DNA of 54,704 nt from a virus (Duplodnaviria > Caudoviricetes). Positions 9,096-18,693 of this stretch are shown in pieces. A model generated the notes under the pieces. The model was not told where the DNA came from, did not search any database, and saw only the letters and a list, made by a program, of their open reading frames with translations. How positions within the stretch are numbered: position 1 is the stretch's first letter; every line of letters starts with the position of its first letter. The stretch lies in the IMG/VR virus record IMGVR_UViG_3300008448_000108, positions 1 to 54,704 of that record. The stretch is one strand, 5' to 3'. The position numbers and the translations under genes were made by a program.

Positions 9096-10832
9096 TTATG
9101 GGGGAGGTCCAGGTGGAGGACCACCTGGAGGTGGTGCGCCCATGTCTGGAGGACCGCCTGGAGGCCCACCAGGAGGCCCGCCTGGGGCTTCCATGCCAGG
9201 TAGCCCTGGAGGTGCTGCTCCGCCTGCTGCACCACCCTCAGGTGATTCTTGAATGACGCTATCCACATCAAGACCCTCAAGCTCTCGCAATCGCATAGTC
9301 TGTAGAGCTTCTGCTTGTTTTAGCTTTATTGTTTCATGAATTGCTTCTTCTTTTAGTCTACGTCTTTCTTCTTCATAGCTTAGTCCAAGGCTTCTGTAGA
9401 GCGTATGTAGAGATATCTGCTTATTTCCAACTAAGTTTGAAATGTTCTGAACATAATCACTCATATCATATAAATTCATATGATTAAAGTCTATAACTGG
9501 AACCTGCAATACTTTTTTACCATTCTGATAAATGAAAAAATCTTGCAACTCAGAAATGGGGGCAAAGATCTTTTGCTCCAGCCATTTCTTAATCATGTTT
9601 CTAAAGATATCATAACGCTGCCTTAAGACCTCTAGACCTACAGATGAGCTGGCATATGTTGCTCCTTCTTGATCCATTAGAGCTTTTGGCACCATAAGGC
9701 CAGCATAAAGATTAGCTAGAATATGCTCAACGTCTGTTCCTATCTCCATAACTCCGCCGTTATATCCTACACGCTCAATTGCAACTCCATCATGAGTTAC
9801 CAATTTAAAATCTTTATCATACTGGGCTTCTTCTAGAGCCATACGCATAGCTTCAATGTCACTTTGAGTTGGTCTATACTCTCCATTGCCAAGCTTAACC
9901 AAAGTCATTGGATTTATCATGCCATCGGCTTGGGCAAATTTAGATTCTCTTAGCTTATCATAAAGCATAAGATCTTTATAAACGGATACTATGATAGAGG
10001 TACCTCTAACATCATATGGTGAGCTTAACAGCTTAAGATGAGAAACGTTTATATTGTCTAAAGGAATGGTCTGGCCTTTTTTAACTGCATCAACAATATG
10101 GCTTGGTAATCTTTTCTTAAGAGTAATATCGGATGGCGCGCTGGAGTTAACCAATCTTTGTAGAGTAGCATCAGGTCTTAGTGATATTATAACTTGATCA
10201 CCAATTGCAGTTTTTTTAACATGAACGTAGTCAGGGTTTAATATAGTAATCCTTTTCCAAGATCCCAAATCTCTGTCTAGTTCTGCATATGGAAAGACCT
10301 CTCCCAACTTGAAGTATTCTAATGCCACACCATAAACTACAGAGTATAAATCTATTCTCTCTGCCATCTCCAAGAAGAACTCTTGAATTTCTTTTACAGG
10401 ATGAGAAATATTTATCTTACTAATTGGAAAGCTAGCATGTAAGTTTATAGCATTTCTAACTATAGGGTGTGTGTCATAAAATATTCTATTCCACGCGTTC
10501 ATTGTAACGCGATCTCTTGGGAGGTTTAGATTCGCAAGTTGAAATAGCGGAGAATAAACCTCTGGCCCCATCATATCTGTTAAGCCACGAGTTGTTGGAA
10601 GTGCAGAAGGACCTACCGTAGCCTTCTTTACCATGGCACCTTTAAAAGCAGGACTGTGTAAGATTGCTGCACCAGGTTTAGAGTTTTCTTCTGATGCTTC
10701 TTTCTTAATCTGAGCATCATGAATTTGGGCTCGTCGAAATTCAGATAATTTTTTCAAACTACCTGAAGATAAAGATTCCTGTACTGATTGTGCTGCAGAA
10801 TTAGATGGCCTACTAGTTCTTCTATCTGACAT
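9096..10832 (-). CDS. Portal protein
   Basis: Directly downstream of the large terminase; HPIVRNAINLHA, YFKLGEVFPY, ILNPDYV, HLK...PYDVRGTSII portal-like blocks; Pro/Gly tail. Confidence 0.8.
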   Translation of the reverse strand: MSDRRTSRPSNSAAQSVQESLSSGSLKKLSEFRRAQIHDAQIKKEASEENSKPGAAILHSPAFKGAMVKKATVGPSALPTTRGLTDMMGPEVYSPLFQLANLNLPRDRVTMNAWNRIFYDTHPIVRNAINLHASFPISKINISHPVKEIQEFFLEMAERIDLYSVVYGVALEYFKLGEVFPYAELDRDLGSWKRITILNPDYVHVKKTAIGDQVIISLRPDATLQRLVNSSAPSDITLKKRLPSHIVDAVKKGQTIPLDNINVSHLKLLSSPYDVRGTSIIVSVYKDLMLYDKLRESKFAQADGMINPMTLVKLGNGEYRPTQSDIEAMRMALEEAQYDKDFKLVTHDGVAIERVGYNGGVMEIGTDVEHILANLYAGLMVPKALMDQEGATYASSSVGLEVLRQRYDIFRNMIKKWLEQKIFAPISELQDFFIYQNGKKVLQVPVIDFNHMNLYDMSDYVQNISNLVGNKQISLHTLYRSLGLSYEEERRRLKEEAIHETIKLKQAEALQTMRLRELEGLDVDSVIQESPEGGAAGGAAPPGLPGMEAPGGPPGGPPGGPPDMGAPPPGGPPPGPPP

Positions 10833-10840
10833 TTATAACC

Positions 10841-12622
10841 TCAAGTTCTTAAACGGGGAATATAAGCTAAGGATGGCTTTGGCATAGCTGATAGCTCTTT
10901 TGTACCAGGTTTAATAGTAAAACCCTGTGTAGAATCAAACTTCCATGCCATATAGGCATACATCAAAGCCATTAAGCCGTCATTTGGAGTTGAGCCTTTT
11001 ACATAAGTTTTAACTTCTTGCCCCCCACGATTTTTAATTGCGACACCCATTGATGTACAATGGTCTATCAACCACTCTACATATTCATAGCTTTTCCAAG
11101 GAAATCTAACCTTTCCTTTTTTCATTTTATCAAACAATTCTTCAACCATTAAATCTTTATTATAGCTAATCATTAATTCATCTTCTCTATACTTTATTGG
11201 ATTTAGTAATGCTCCGCTACCCTGCGCACCAATAAATCTATCACCAAGACCATCTACCATCTGAACTTCTCGCACAACATCCTGCCCGAAGAAAAAGTCA
11301 GATACACCACGTCTTACAGAAAATCTTTTAAATAACTCATTAATAGTTGCTTTTTTATAAGCGAAAGTTCTTTCCTTCAAAATGTGCGCGTGCTCTATCT
11401 GTAATGTTCCACCACCAACATCAGAGAGAATAACCGCACAAGAATATGATTGCCCCCTAGAATCTTCCTCTGTTTTATCTCCCCAGTCTATACCAAGATA
11501 TGTTGGCCTATCTCGAGCTTCAATTTTTTTTGCAAATTCTCTATCTGGATCTTTACAGTAAGCCTCAATATGCGCTCTGGTTAAAGGCATGCCAACGCTA
11601 GCATAAAACTCACCTATAACTTCATTATTCCATACTCTTTCAGATTGATTTGGATTATTTTCTGGCATTAGAGAATTGATATATTCCCTATTAAGGTATG
11701 GAATATACAACTGATTTATATGAAATCCAACATATTTAGCCTCATCCTCATTTCTTGAGGCTACCCACTTACCCTTTTCTATAGCATCAATTTTATGTTG
11801 AACGAATCCACATATAGGACACGTTATGTCAAATCCAGATATCCAAATTTTCTTCCAGCCATCATCATTAGGCTGATAGAATGGAAATGTTTTTTCACAG
11901 TTTTTGCAACCTAAATGATAATATCTTTGATCGGACATCTCCCAGGTTACTTCGAACCAACTACCCTTTTCCTTTGGAGTCCCAAAGTATACTTGAACCC
12001 CCCTACCAACTGGACCATACTTTGCTGCCGTCAATGTTTTGGTTGCATTACCTATAGCAAGTCCCATCATATCTTGTATTTCGTCAAAAAAGGCAACATC
12101 AAGCGTCATACCACGAACTCGGTCGGCATCTGCGCCAATGCTTTCTACCCAAAGAGTTCCGGTATTGAATTGCTTCATGGTTAAGTTATCTACAGCATTA
12201 GATGTCTTTAACTTGTTTTTATTTACAAGATCATCTTTAGTGCTTCTTATTAAACCTTCTAATTTGTCCTGAGTAAATCTTTTAACCTGAGCTAGAGCTG
12301 GAAATAAATGAGCCACTCTAATTGGAGGATTTACAAAGAGGCCGCTGTTTGTAAAATATATATCTAAAGCACCAGCCATCATGGTTGCGCCAACCTGACG
12401 GCCTTTTTTGATTACAACAGGTTTGCCATCGCGTTTAGAAGCCTGAAGGGCAACGTATCTATATACGTCAGCCATAAACTTCCATCCATTTCCAATAATA
12501 CGAAAGGGCTCACCATCCAGAGTTAAATTGTTCTGAATAAAGTGAGCCGGATCATAGTCTAGGAATGTTGTCTTTAGCTGAGAGAATATTTTATTTTGTT
12601 CTTGCTTTACGTCAACTGCCAT
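10841..12622 (-). CDS. terL: Terminase large subunit (lambda GpA-like)
   Basis: KKGRQVGAT (Walker A variant), VAFFDEIQD (Walker B), FGTP coupling motif, CKNC/CPIC, nuclease LGIDWG and PNDGLMA. Confidence 0.9.
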   Translation of the reverse strand: MAVDVKQEQNKIFSQLKTTFLDYDPAHFIQNNLTLDGEPFRIIGNGWKFMADVYRYVALQASKRDGKPVVIKKGRQVGATMMAGALDIYFTNSGLFVNPPIRVAHLFPALAQVKRFTQDKLEGLIRSTKDDLVNKNKLKTSNAVDNLTMKQFNTGTLWVESIGADADRVRGMTLDVAFFDEIQDMMGLAIGNATKTLTAAKYGPVGRGVQVYFGTPKEKGSWFEVTWEMSDQRYYHLGCKNCEKTFPFYQPNDDGWKKIWISGFDITCPICGFVQHKIDAIEKGKWVASRNEDEAKYVGFHINQLYIPYLNREYINSLMPENNPNQSERVWNNEVIGEFYASVGMPLTRAHIEAYCKDPDREFAKKIEARDRPTYLGIDWGDKTEEDSRGQSYSCAVILSDVGGGTLQIEHAHILKERTFAYKKATINELFKRFSVRRGVSDFFFGQDVVREVQMVDGLGDRFIGAQGSGALLNPIKYREDELMISYNKDLMVEELFDKMKKGKVRFPWKSYEYVEWLIDHCTSMGVAIKNRGGQEVKTYVKGSTPNDGLMALMYAYMAWKFDSTQGFTIKPGTKELSAMPKPSLAYIPRLRT

Positions 12623-12633
12623 ACAGATTCCTT

Positions 12634-13338
12634 TTAGGAACGATGTGGCTCCGCATGATTATAATATTCGGCAATGTCTATCTTAGAATCAGTTAGAGAA
12701 TTAGAATCCATTGGGACGTAATAAATTAAATGATTATGATCATCATGACCAGCGGAAGAAATAAGCTTTTCTACAAAACTCATTAATTTTCCTTGATCAA
12801 TCTTATTGCTAATATTATTATACTTTAGCCCATCTACCTCTTTGCACCTAGATAGTACAGTCATGGGATCCAAGTGTGGTTGATCTTGAATCATGGATGT
12901 TATATAGTTTAAGATATTTTGCATGATTGCAATATCTTCTTTATTTTTTCCTTTTAATTTCTTTTTTGGACCATCTTTCTTGCTTGCAGTTTTGGTTTGG
13001 CAACCACAGGATCCTTCTGCTGCCTTACAGTTGCAGTCTCCTTTACATTTTTTACATTTTGTACCGCAACCACAACCTGTATCACCTTCTTTGGAGCTAG
13101 TCTTTTCGATTTCATTAACAATTTTTTTTGCTAAATCAAATCCAACTCGCTCTTTTATGTCTGCAAGCTTTTCTTCTATTGAGTTAAACTTTTTCTGTTT
13201 ATAATTTTTATTTATATAATCTTTCAAGTAATCGACATTGTGTGCTTTTTTATCTAAATCATGAGCAAATTCATATAGCCAAAAAGCGGTAGTCTTATTT
13301 GTCTCAACTTGATCATGGCGGGTTATTCTATTCTTCAT
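12634..13338 (-). CDS. Hypothetical protein with Cys-rich insert
   Basis: GCGCGTKCKKCKGDCNCKAAEGSCGC between KTSS and KTAS motifs. Confidence 0.75.
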   Translation of the reverse strand: MKNRITRHDQVETNKTTAFWLYEFAHDLDKKAHNVDYLKDYINKNYKQKKFNSIEEKLADIKERVGFDLAKKIVNEIEKTSSKEGDTGCGCGTKCKKCKGDCNCKAAEGSCGCQTKTASKKDGPKKKLKGKNKEDIAIMQNILNYITSMIQDQPHLDPMTVLSRCKEVDGLKYNNISNKIDQGKLMSFVEKLISSAGHDDHNHLIYYVPMDSNSLTDSKIDIAEYYNHAEPHRS

Positions 13339-13346
13339 GGTAATCC

Positions 13347-14459
13347 CTAGGCGAAATAATTCTTAATGAAATCAACGCCTTGAGCACTCTCATCTTTCTT
13401 ATCAGATTTACCAATAGTACCTCTATCCTTAAAGATTGGGTGCCCCATATCGCGGAGAATTTGCATGATTGCAAGCTCTTCTCTTTCATTTATAGAATAT
13501 TTTTTCTTTAAAAATTGATAAACATCTTCAAATGGTTTTCCGGCAGAAACCACAGCGTTAGTTAAAATGCCAGTAATAGCTCTTTCAAAAGGTGTCATTA
13601 CCATATTTATTTTTGGTGTTGATGCAACCTTGTTAAGTTCTGCAACCTTTTGCATCTCGGAGCCATCATCATCTTCTGATGCTCTTTTGTTTCTCTTTTT
13701 GTTAAGATGCTTTATGTGATCTTTTAACATGGCAACATCTTTTACTAAATTTACTCTAATATCCTCTAGTTTTGGAATATCAAGAATATCTTCCGAGTCA
13801 GCTCTTAAAGCTTCTGATATTTCTTTATTTAATTTATTTAAGAACATTACGGCTCTTTCACAACCAAGTGTTGAAGTGCCATCATGCTTTGGAATTCCAC
13901 CTGGATACTGATTGGATATATAAACCATGAATTGCTTTGGATCTCTATCGTTCTCCCAGTCAGTTTCCTTCTTTGAGTCCTCATCTTCTTCTGGTTCTTC
14001 TACAATGACAACATCAACACCGGGTAGCTTCTTACCAATTTCTTCTAGAACTTCTTCGGCATCATCACCTTCTATTACAACCTGCCCTTCTCCCACCATT
14101 TCACCATCTTCGGGGTAATCAAAGTGCTCATGCTCTACGGTTTCAAGGTAATCATCAGATTCGTAATCTTCAAGATCCTCTGAATAAACTCCAAGCTGAC
14201 CAACACCTCTGCCTTCACGACCCAATAAAAAATCTTTTGCATAGTCAGCATTTGATTCTGTATAATATACATCCATAGCACTATTAGACATGGCATCTGG
14301 AGATTCTGTGGCAATAACTCCATGACCTAACCCAGCATCACCCTCTAGAGGTAGATCTTCAGAATAGCCAACGTGTTGGGCAACTTTCTTTTTGGGCCTA
14401 TAAAAATATGAATCTTTATCCATAACTTCTTTATATTCTACTGATGTATACTTTGACAT
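13347..14459 (-). CDS. Hypothetical acidic head-module protein (370 aa)
   Basis: GGAGAG RBS; acidic N-half; several KVA/KRAS motifs. Confidence 0.75.
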   Translation of the reverse strand: MSKYTSVEYKEVMDKDSYFYRPKKKVAQHVGYSEDLPLEGDAGLGHGVIATESPDAMSNSAMDVYYTESNADYAKDFLLGREGRGVGQLGVYSEDLEDYESDDYLETVEHEHFDYPEDGEMVGEGQVVIEGDDAEEVLEEIGKKLPGVDVVIVEEPEEDEDSKKETDWENDRDPKQFMVYISNQYPGGIPKHDGTSTLGCERAVMFLNKLNKEISEALRADSEDILDIPKLEDIRVNLVKDVAMLKDHIKHLNKKRNKRASEDDDGSEMQKVAELNKVASTPKINMVMTPFERAITGILTNAVVSAGKPFEDVYQFLKKKYSINEREELAIMQILRDMGHPIFKDRGTIGKSDKKDESAQGVDFIKNYFA

Positions 14460-14467
14460 AAACTCTC

Positions 14468-14710
14468 CTATCCATAAAAGCTAAGTATTCCGGTCCAAGT
14501 TCTTGAAATATTATTATCTGCAGATTCTGTTTCTGGAAATTGATTTTGTGACATTGGCATAGCTGAGTTGGCTATCGTAGGTCCTATTACAAGTGGGCTT
14601 CCACCAAGTGGGATGCTTAGATGTTCTAACAACTCATCTAAAGTCATATCATACGAATCATTTTCCTCAAAATCCTCATCTTCTGAATAAGATATTTCAG
14701 TACTCTTCAT
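14468..14710 (-). CDS. Small acidic hypothetical protein
   Basis: GAGGA RBS; fills the gap between neighbours. Confidence 0.6.
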   Translation of the reverse strand: MKSTEISYSEDEDFEENDSYDMTLDELLEHLSIPLGGSPLVIGPTIANSAMPMSQNQFPETESADNNISRTWTGILSFYG

Positions 14711-14780
14711 TATTTCCTCATTATTATTAACTATTAGTAGTTGAATTACATATTAGAATGCTGATATTAATTTCAAAATA

Positions 14781-15542
14781 TTAATTTTTAAAATAATCAG
14801 CTAAGTATTTTTTAGCTATAAGCAGCTCTTTAAACCTTCCAGCCAAAGGCACACTGTTAAACAAATCTAATTCTTTTAAAGACTCTATTGTTTTCTTTTC
14901 ATTTTCTAGGAGTGCCTTGTTGAGCTTAACTGTTGCGTATTTATCTTTTATATTTTTTGAGCTAAATAACTCTTTATTTTCTTTGGCAAACTTTATTATC
15001 TCTGGAGCGATAGTAAAGTCATATCTAGCAGCAAGATTTATTGCTCTATATATTCTCCTAGGATCATCTCGAAATGTTATTTCTGGAGGAACTGGTGTTC
15101 TGACTATTCTATTCTTAATATCATTAAAGCCCATCTTAGTGGGATCAAATATTTTTCCAGTTCGAAGATCTTGATGTAGGGTATTCATAGTAAAGTCTCT
15201 ACTATAAACTTCCAGAAGCATGATATTATCTATCCGTTTAGATAAGTAGTTTTTAACTCCCTCAGAAATAAAGTGACTGGAGAAGTCTATATCATATTTA
15301 TCTGCGAAAACTGTAACGTGAGTATCCTCAGAAACTTCAAAAACTTCATTAATTTTATCTGCAAACAATATTCCTAGTCGCAAAGAATCATTAGAGTTTG
15401 TTGTAATGTCAACATCTGTTGTTTTTATATTTGGTATTTTAAGATAAATATCCCTAGGTACGCCACCAACAATATATGGCTTATATATTTTATATCTTTC
15501 AGCAAGTTCATATATTGTTTTTAGAATGTACTTTAAACTCAT
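14781..15542 (-). CDS. Class II tRNA nucleotidyltransferase (CCA-adding/poly(A) polymerase family)
   Basis: YIVGGVPRD...TDVDIT (catalytic DxD), SRDFTMN, DDPRRIYRA. Confidence 0.85.
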   Translation of the reverse strand: MSLKYILKTIYELAERYKIYKPYIVGGVPRDIYLKIPNIKTTDVDITTNSNDSLRLGILFADKINEVFEVSEDTHVTVFADKYDIDFSSHFISEGVKNYLSKRIDNIMLLEVYSRDFTMNTLHQDLRTGKIFDPTKMGFNDIKNRIVRTPVPPEITFRDDPRRIYRAINLAARYDFTIAPEIIKFAKENKELFSSKNIKDKYATVKLNKALLENEKKTIESLKELDLFNSVPLAGRFKELLIAKKYLADYFKN

Positions 15543-15551
15543 TTGTTAATC

Positions 15552-17204
15552 CTATGGTGTATTTCCTGGTGGAAGTGGCTCTGTTGTTGCTTGGCCCTGT
15601 GTTAATCCAGCCTGCTGAACTCCTTCCTGAGTTGCTCCGGGGCCCTTGCTTGCTTCTGGAGTGGTAGGTTGTGCTTCTCCTTCTTCGGCTGCGGCACCTT
15701 CTGTTGTTGCAGCATAAGCTTCGCCTTCTGCAATGCCTCGGTTAACTTCTTTCATAGTTTTACCAATCAGCTCTTTCTTCTTGGAATCAGAAATCTCCAT
15801 AATGCTCTTGCCGCTTGAAAGCATGCCTAACATCTTGGTAACGCGAGTTAGAGCATATGAGTAAGCATCAATGAGCTTACTTTGAGCTTCAGCAAGCTCT
15901 GGGAACATTGGAGCGATGCCAATCTTATCAAGTATGATATCGAATTCAGCCAATAGTCTAATTGTACGACGATCAGAAAGTCTGCTGGCTATATCCTCTA
16001 GCTTTGCAACGGCGTCGCCCAAGTCTAAATCTCCAGATAGCTCTGTATACTCTTCCTTCTTAGACTCTTTTATTGGGCTTAGTGCTCTTTCCAAGGGGGT
16101 TGCGCCTGCCTCTGCGGAAGGTGGAGCAGAAGCCTCTGGCGATGAGGGGGTAGCACCATCAGGAGTAGCGGCGGGAGCCTCAGCAGGGGCCGCTGGAGCT
16201 TCGGCAGGGGCAGCGGGAGCAGGCTGCGCAGGTGGTGCAGCAACTGCATCAACCTGGGACTGAGATTCTGCAGCTTGAGCATACTTATATAATTCTTGAT
16301 ATCCTTTATCAAATCCTAATTTTCTAAAGCGATCAGCATATTTATATGCCAAGTCTGATGCGGTTGAAACATTTCTTATTCCAACAACCTCTATTGAAAA
16401 TTGATGCAAAAGCTGGAGCAAATCTTTTTGTAACTTTGGATCTATATATTCTTCGCCATTTACTAGAAGTTTGTTTGCAGATCTAATTGCTCTATTTAAG
16501 CTATTTCTCCACTTCTTGTAATCTTCCAAGGACTTTGCAACTTCCTGCTCTGCCTCTTCGTCTTTTTCCTTCTCTTCTTGAATTGCATTACTCTTCTGCT
16601 TTGCATCTTGGAATACTAATGATGGGATTACTGCATTGGACTGATATGGACTGGCTGGAGGAGATACGGAAAACTGAAATGCAGTTTTTGAAATTTTACC
16701 CTTCTTGCTATATTTAAGATGCTCTCCAGTTTGATAGTACTTCACCCATCTTTTAAATTTCTCATCTTCGCCAGATTTAGTATCTAAAGTTTTTGAATAA
16801 TATTCTATTGCATCACCGAGATCCATTTTACCGGATCCATACTTATCATAAATTTTATAGACTAGCTCTGCCCATTTACTTATATCGTACTCTCCATCAA
16901 ACTCTAAGTTATCAATTCGTGGGTAGGCAACCTTTTTTAAGTTCTTAGATTCAGATAGGGCCGTAAACAATAGGTAAAAATAATCGTTCTTGTTAGAAAG
17001 ACTTGGGACGCCATCTCTTTTTAAAAATGCATTTTTAACCAAGTTAATATTTAGGCTATTGCCATATACAGATTCTGCAATGTTATGTAAATTTGCAAGA
17101 ACTTCCATATCCTTAGAAGAAGTTACTTCTAGATCAGGATATAAAATCATAACCTTTTTTACTTGGGCATTTCTATGATGGGCTGCTTGATTTTGCTTCT
17201 TCAT
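15552..17204 (-). CDS. Hypothetical (probable virion) protein, 550 aa, with Ala/Pro linkers
   Basis: Long ORF with LKKVAY, ISKTAF, LYKYAQ motifs and an APAAPAE linker. Confidence 0.75.
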   Translation of the reverse strand: MKKQNQAAHHRNAQVKKVMILYPDLEVTSSKDMEVLANLHNIAESVYGNSLNINLVKNAFLKRDGVPSLSNKNDYFYLLFTALSESKNLKKVAYPRIDNLEFDGEYDISKWAELVYKIYDKYGSGKMDLGDAIEYYSKTLDTKSGEDEKFKRWVKYYQTGEHLKYSKKGKISKTAFQFSVSPPASPYQSNAVIPSLVFQDAKQKSNAIQEEKEKDEEAEQEVAKSLEDYKKWRNSLNRAIRSANKLLVNGEEYIDPKLQKDLLQLLHQFSIEVVGIRNVSTASDLAYKYADRFRKLGFDKGYQELYKYAQAAESQSQVDAVAAPPAQPAPAAPAEAPAAPAEAPAATPDGATPSSPEASAPPSAEAGATPLERALSPIKESKKEEYTELSGDLDLGDAVAKLEDIASRLSDRRTIRLLAEFDIILDKIGIAPMFPELAEAQSKLIDAYSYALTRVTKMLGMLSSGKSIMEISDSKKKELIGKTMKEVNRGIAEGEAYAATTEGAAAEEGEAQPTTPEASKGPGATQEGVQQAGLTQGQATTEPLPPGNTP

Positions 17205-17463
17205 TATATTCCTCTAAAACTTTTAATGTATTTTCAATTTTTCTAATTCTAGATAACCATTTAGCTCTATCTATACTTCCATCTTTAGTATCTTGGACTT
17301 GTTTAGCTATAGAATTTATAAAAATTTCTAAATGAGAATTAGGAACATCCTTGTCTAGATAAAAGCTATTCATGCTATCTTTTATCCATTTCTTAAATGA
17401 TTGTTTTGATTCTAAATTTTGATATTTTAGTCTTTCAATATTTGGTTTAGAATTCTGAGACAT
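17173..17463 (-). CDS. Hypothetical protein (96 aa)
   Basis: Overlap-coupled to both neighbours on the coding strand. Confidence 0.55.
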   Translation of the reverse strand: MSQNSKPNIERLKYQNLESKQSFKKWIKDSMNSFYLDKDVPNSHLEIFINSIAKQVQDTKDGSIDRAKWLSRIRKIENTLKVLEEYNEEAKSSSPS

Positions 17464-18157
17464 CTATCACGTCCAGTTGCTTATATTGTTGATATTGGTT
17501 AGATCCATAATTCATATCTGATAATCTTGAGTTTATTTTTTCTATAAAAATAGGAACAAGTCGAGGATCCATTTGTTGCAAGATTTCAAAAACAATATTT
17601 TTTAGAACCGTAACTTGTTCATTTACAACATTTAAATTAATATTATGCTCAATCTTTTTATCAGCCACACCATCAACATATTTCTTCCAATCTTGTACCA
17701 GTCCACGCTGTGTGTTTAATAATTCAATGAACATTTTATCTTCTCTAATACTACCACCAGATTGTAGCATATTAAAATAATATTCTAATCTTGAGCTTAC
17801 AAGAGTCATCATCTCTAGTATTTTTCTATTAGCATCTAGTTCATTAGATACTATTTCATTTAGCTTTTGCTGATACGCAGATGATGCTGAAATTATAGCC
17901 CTGGCTTCTAATTCTTTGGAGTTTTGATCCTGATCCCTTCTTGCCGCCTTTATATTCTCAAGAACCTCCCCCTCTAAGTGAAGATGATCTTTTCTAAACT
18001 TTTGCAAAGTAGCATAAGAAATCCATAAACCTCTTTTCTTTGGATGCTTATTTCTAAGCCAGGCCTCAATATTTTTTACGGATTCACCATTTAAAAGCTT
18101 CTTAATAATCTCTTCTTTTTCCGGATGCTTGAATACCTTATTCGGCTGCTCACTCAT
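17447..18157 (-). CDS. Candidate terminase small subunit / HTH protein
   Basis: N-terminal HTH-like EEIIKKLLNGESVKNIEAWL...ISYATLQKFR followed by helical segments; lies upstream of terL; function is inference. Confidence 0.4.
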   Translation of the reverse strand: MSEQPNKVFKHPEKEEIIKKLLNGESVKNIEAWLRNKHPKKRGLWISYATLQKFRKDHLHLEGEVLENIKAARRDQDQNSKELEARAIISASSAYQQKLNEIVSNELDANRKILEMMTLVSSRLEYYFNMLQSGGSIREDKMFIELLNTQRGLVQDWKKYVDGVADKKIEHNINLNVVNEQVTVLKNIVFEILQQMDPRLVPIFIEKINSRLSDMNYGSNQYQQYKQLDVIDVSEF

Positions 18158-18167
18158 TTAATTCTCC

Positions 18168-18206
18168 AAAAACAAAATTAGCCCGCTTATTAGTGCAGGC
18201 TAATTT
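18168..18206 (-). terminator. Probable intrinsic terminator hairpin
   Basis: AAATTAGCC/GGCTAATTT 9-bp stem (18175-18206) followed by TGTTTTT on the minus strand. Confidence 0.6.
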
Positions 18207-18226
18207 ATTATACTATAAAAAAAATA

Positions 18227-18685
18227 TTATTCTCGATATAGGATATCAGTTTGAAGGTCTACACTTCCACCAAAAAATTTAGATCCATCATCAGAAGTGA
18301 ATCCTTCATTCCAATCATATTTTTTATTTGTAATTGGGTCTTGATAAACTCCATCAGAAACGCGCCTTGCCTGAACGCCTACACGATCAGGAGAGTATCT
18401 TGTAGATAAAGATCTGCTATATACCTTTGTAGATAAGTCAACATTTTTGTGATCTGGAAGTCCAACTCCATACAGCTCTTGAGTAGATGGTTTCCCGCCG
18501 CGCTCTACAGTCTTGTGTGGTTGAGTCTCATATGTTAGAACGTGACCAGCTCCATCTTGAAGCATGCTAGATTCTGCAGTCTTTATCATCTCTAGTAAAG
18601 ATTGCTTTCTTGCAGTTCTAGAATTGTTATTCACCTTTCCATCAAGGCTGCTTAGAATATTCCTTAATTTATTTACTCTTGACAT
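18227..18685 (-). CDS. Hypothetical protein (152 aa)
   Basis: AGGA RBS; MIKTAES motif; LSTRYSPDRVGVQARRV block. Confidence 0.75.
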   Translation of the reverse strand: MSRVNKLRNILSSLDGKVNNNSRTARKQSLLEMIKTAESSMLQDGAGHVLTYETQPHKTVERGGKPSTQELYGVGLPDHKNVDLSTKVYSRSLSTRYSPDRVGVQARRVSDGVYQDPITNKKYDWNEGFTSDDGSKFFGGSVDLQTDILYRE

Positions 18686-18693
18686 ATTTAATC

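Noticed and set aside
9077-9280. Alternative-frame minus-strand ORFs (also 2273..2518, 3206..3400, 14135..14323, 16079..16312, 49677..49862)
   Set aside because: Nested in or overlapping longer genes, often over low-complexity GC-rich tracts that lack stops by chance; no independent support
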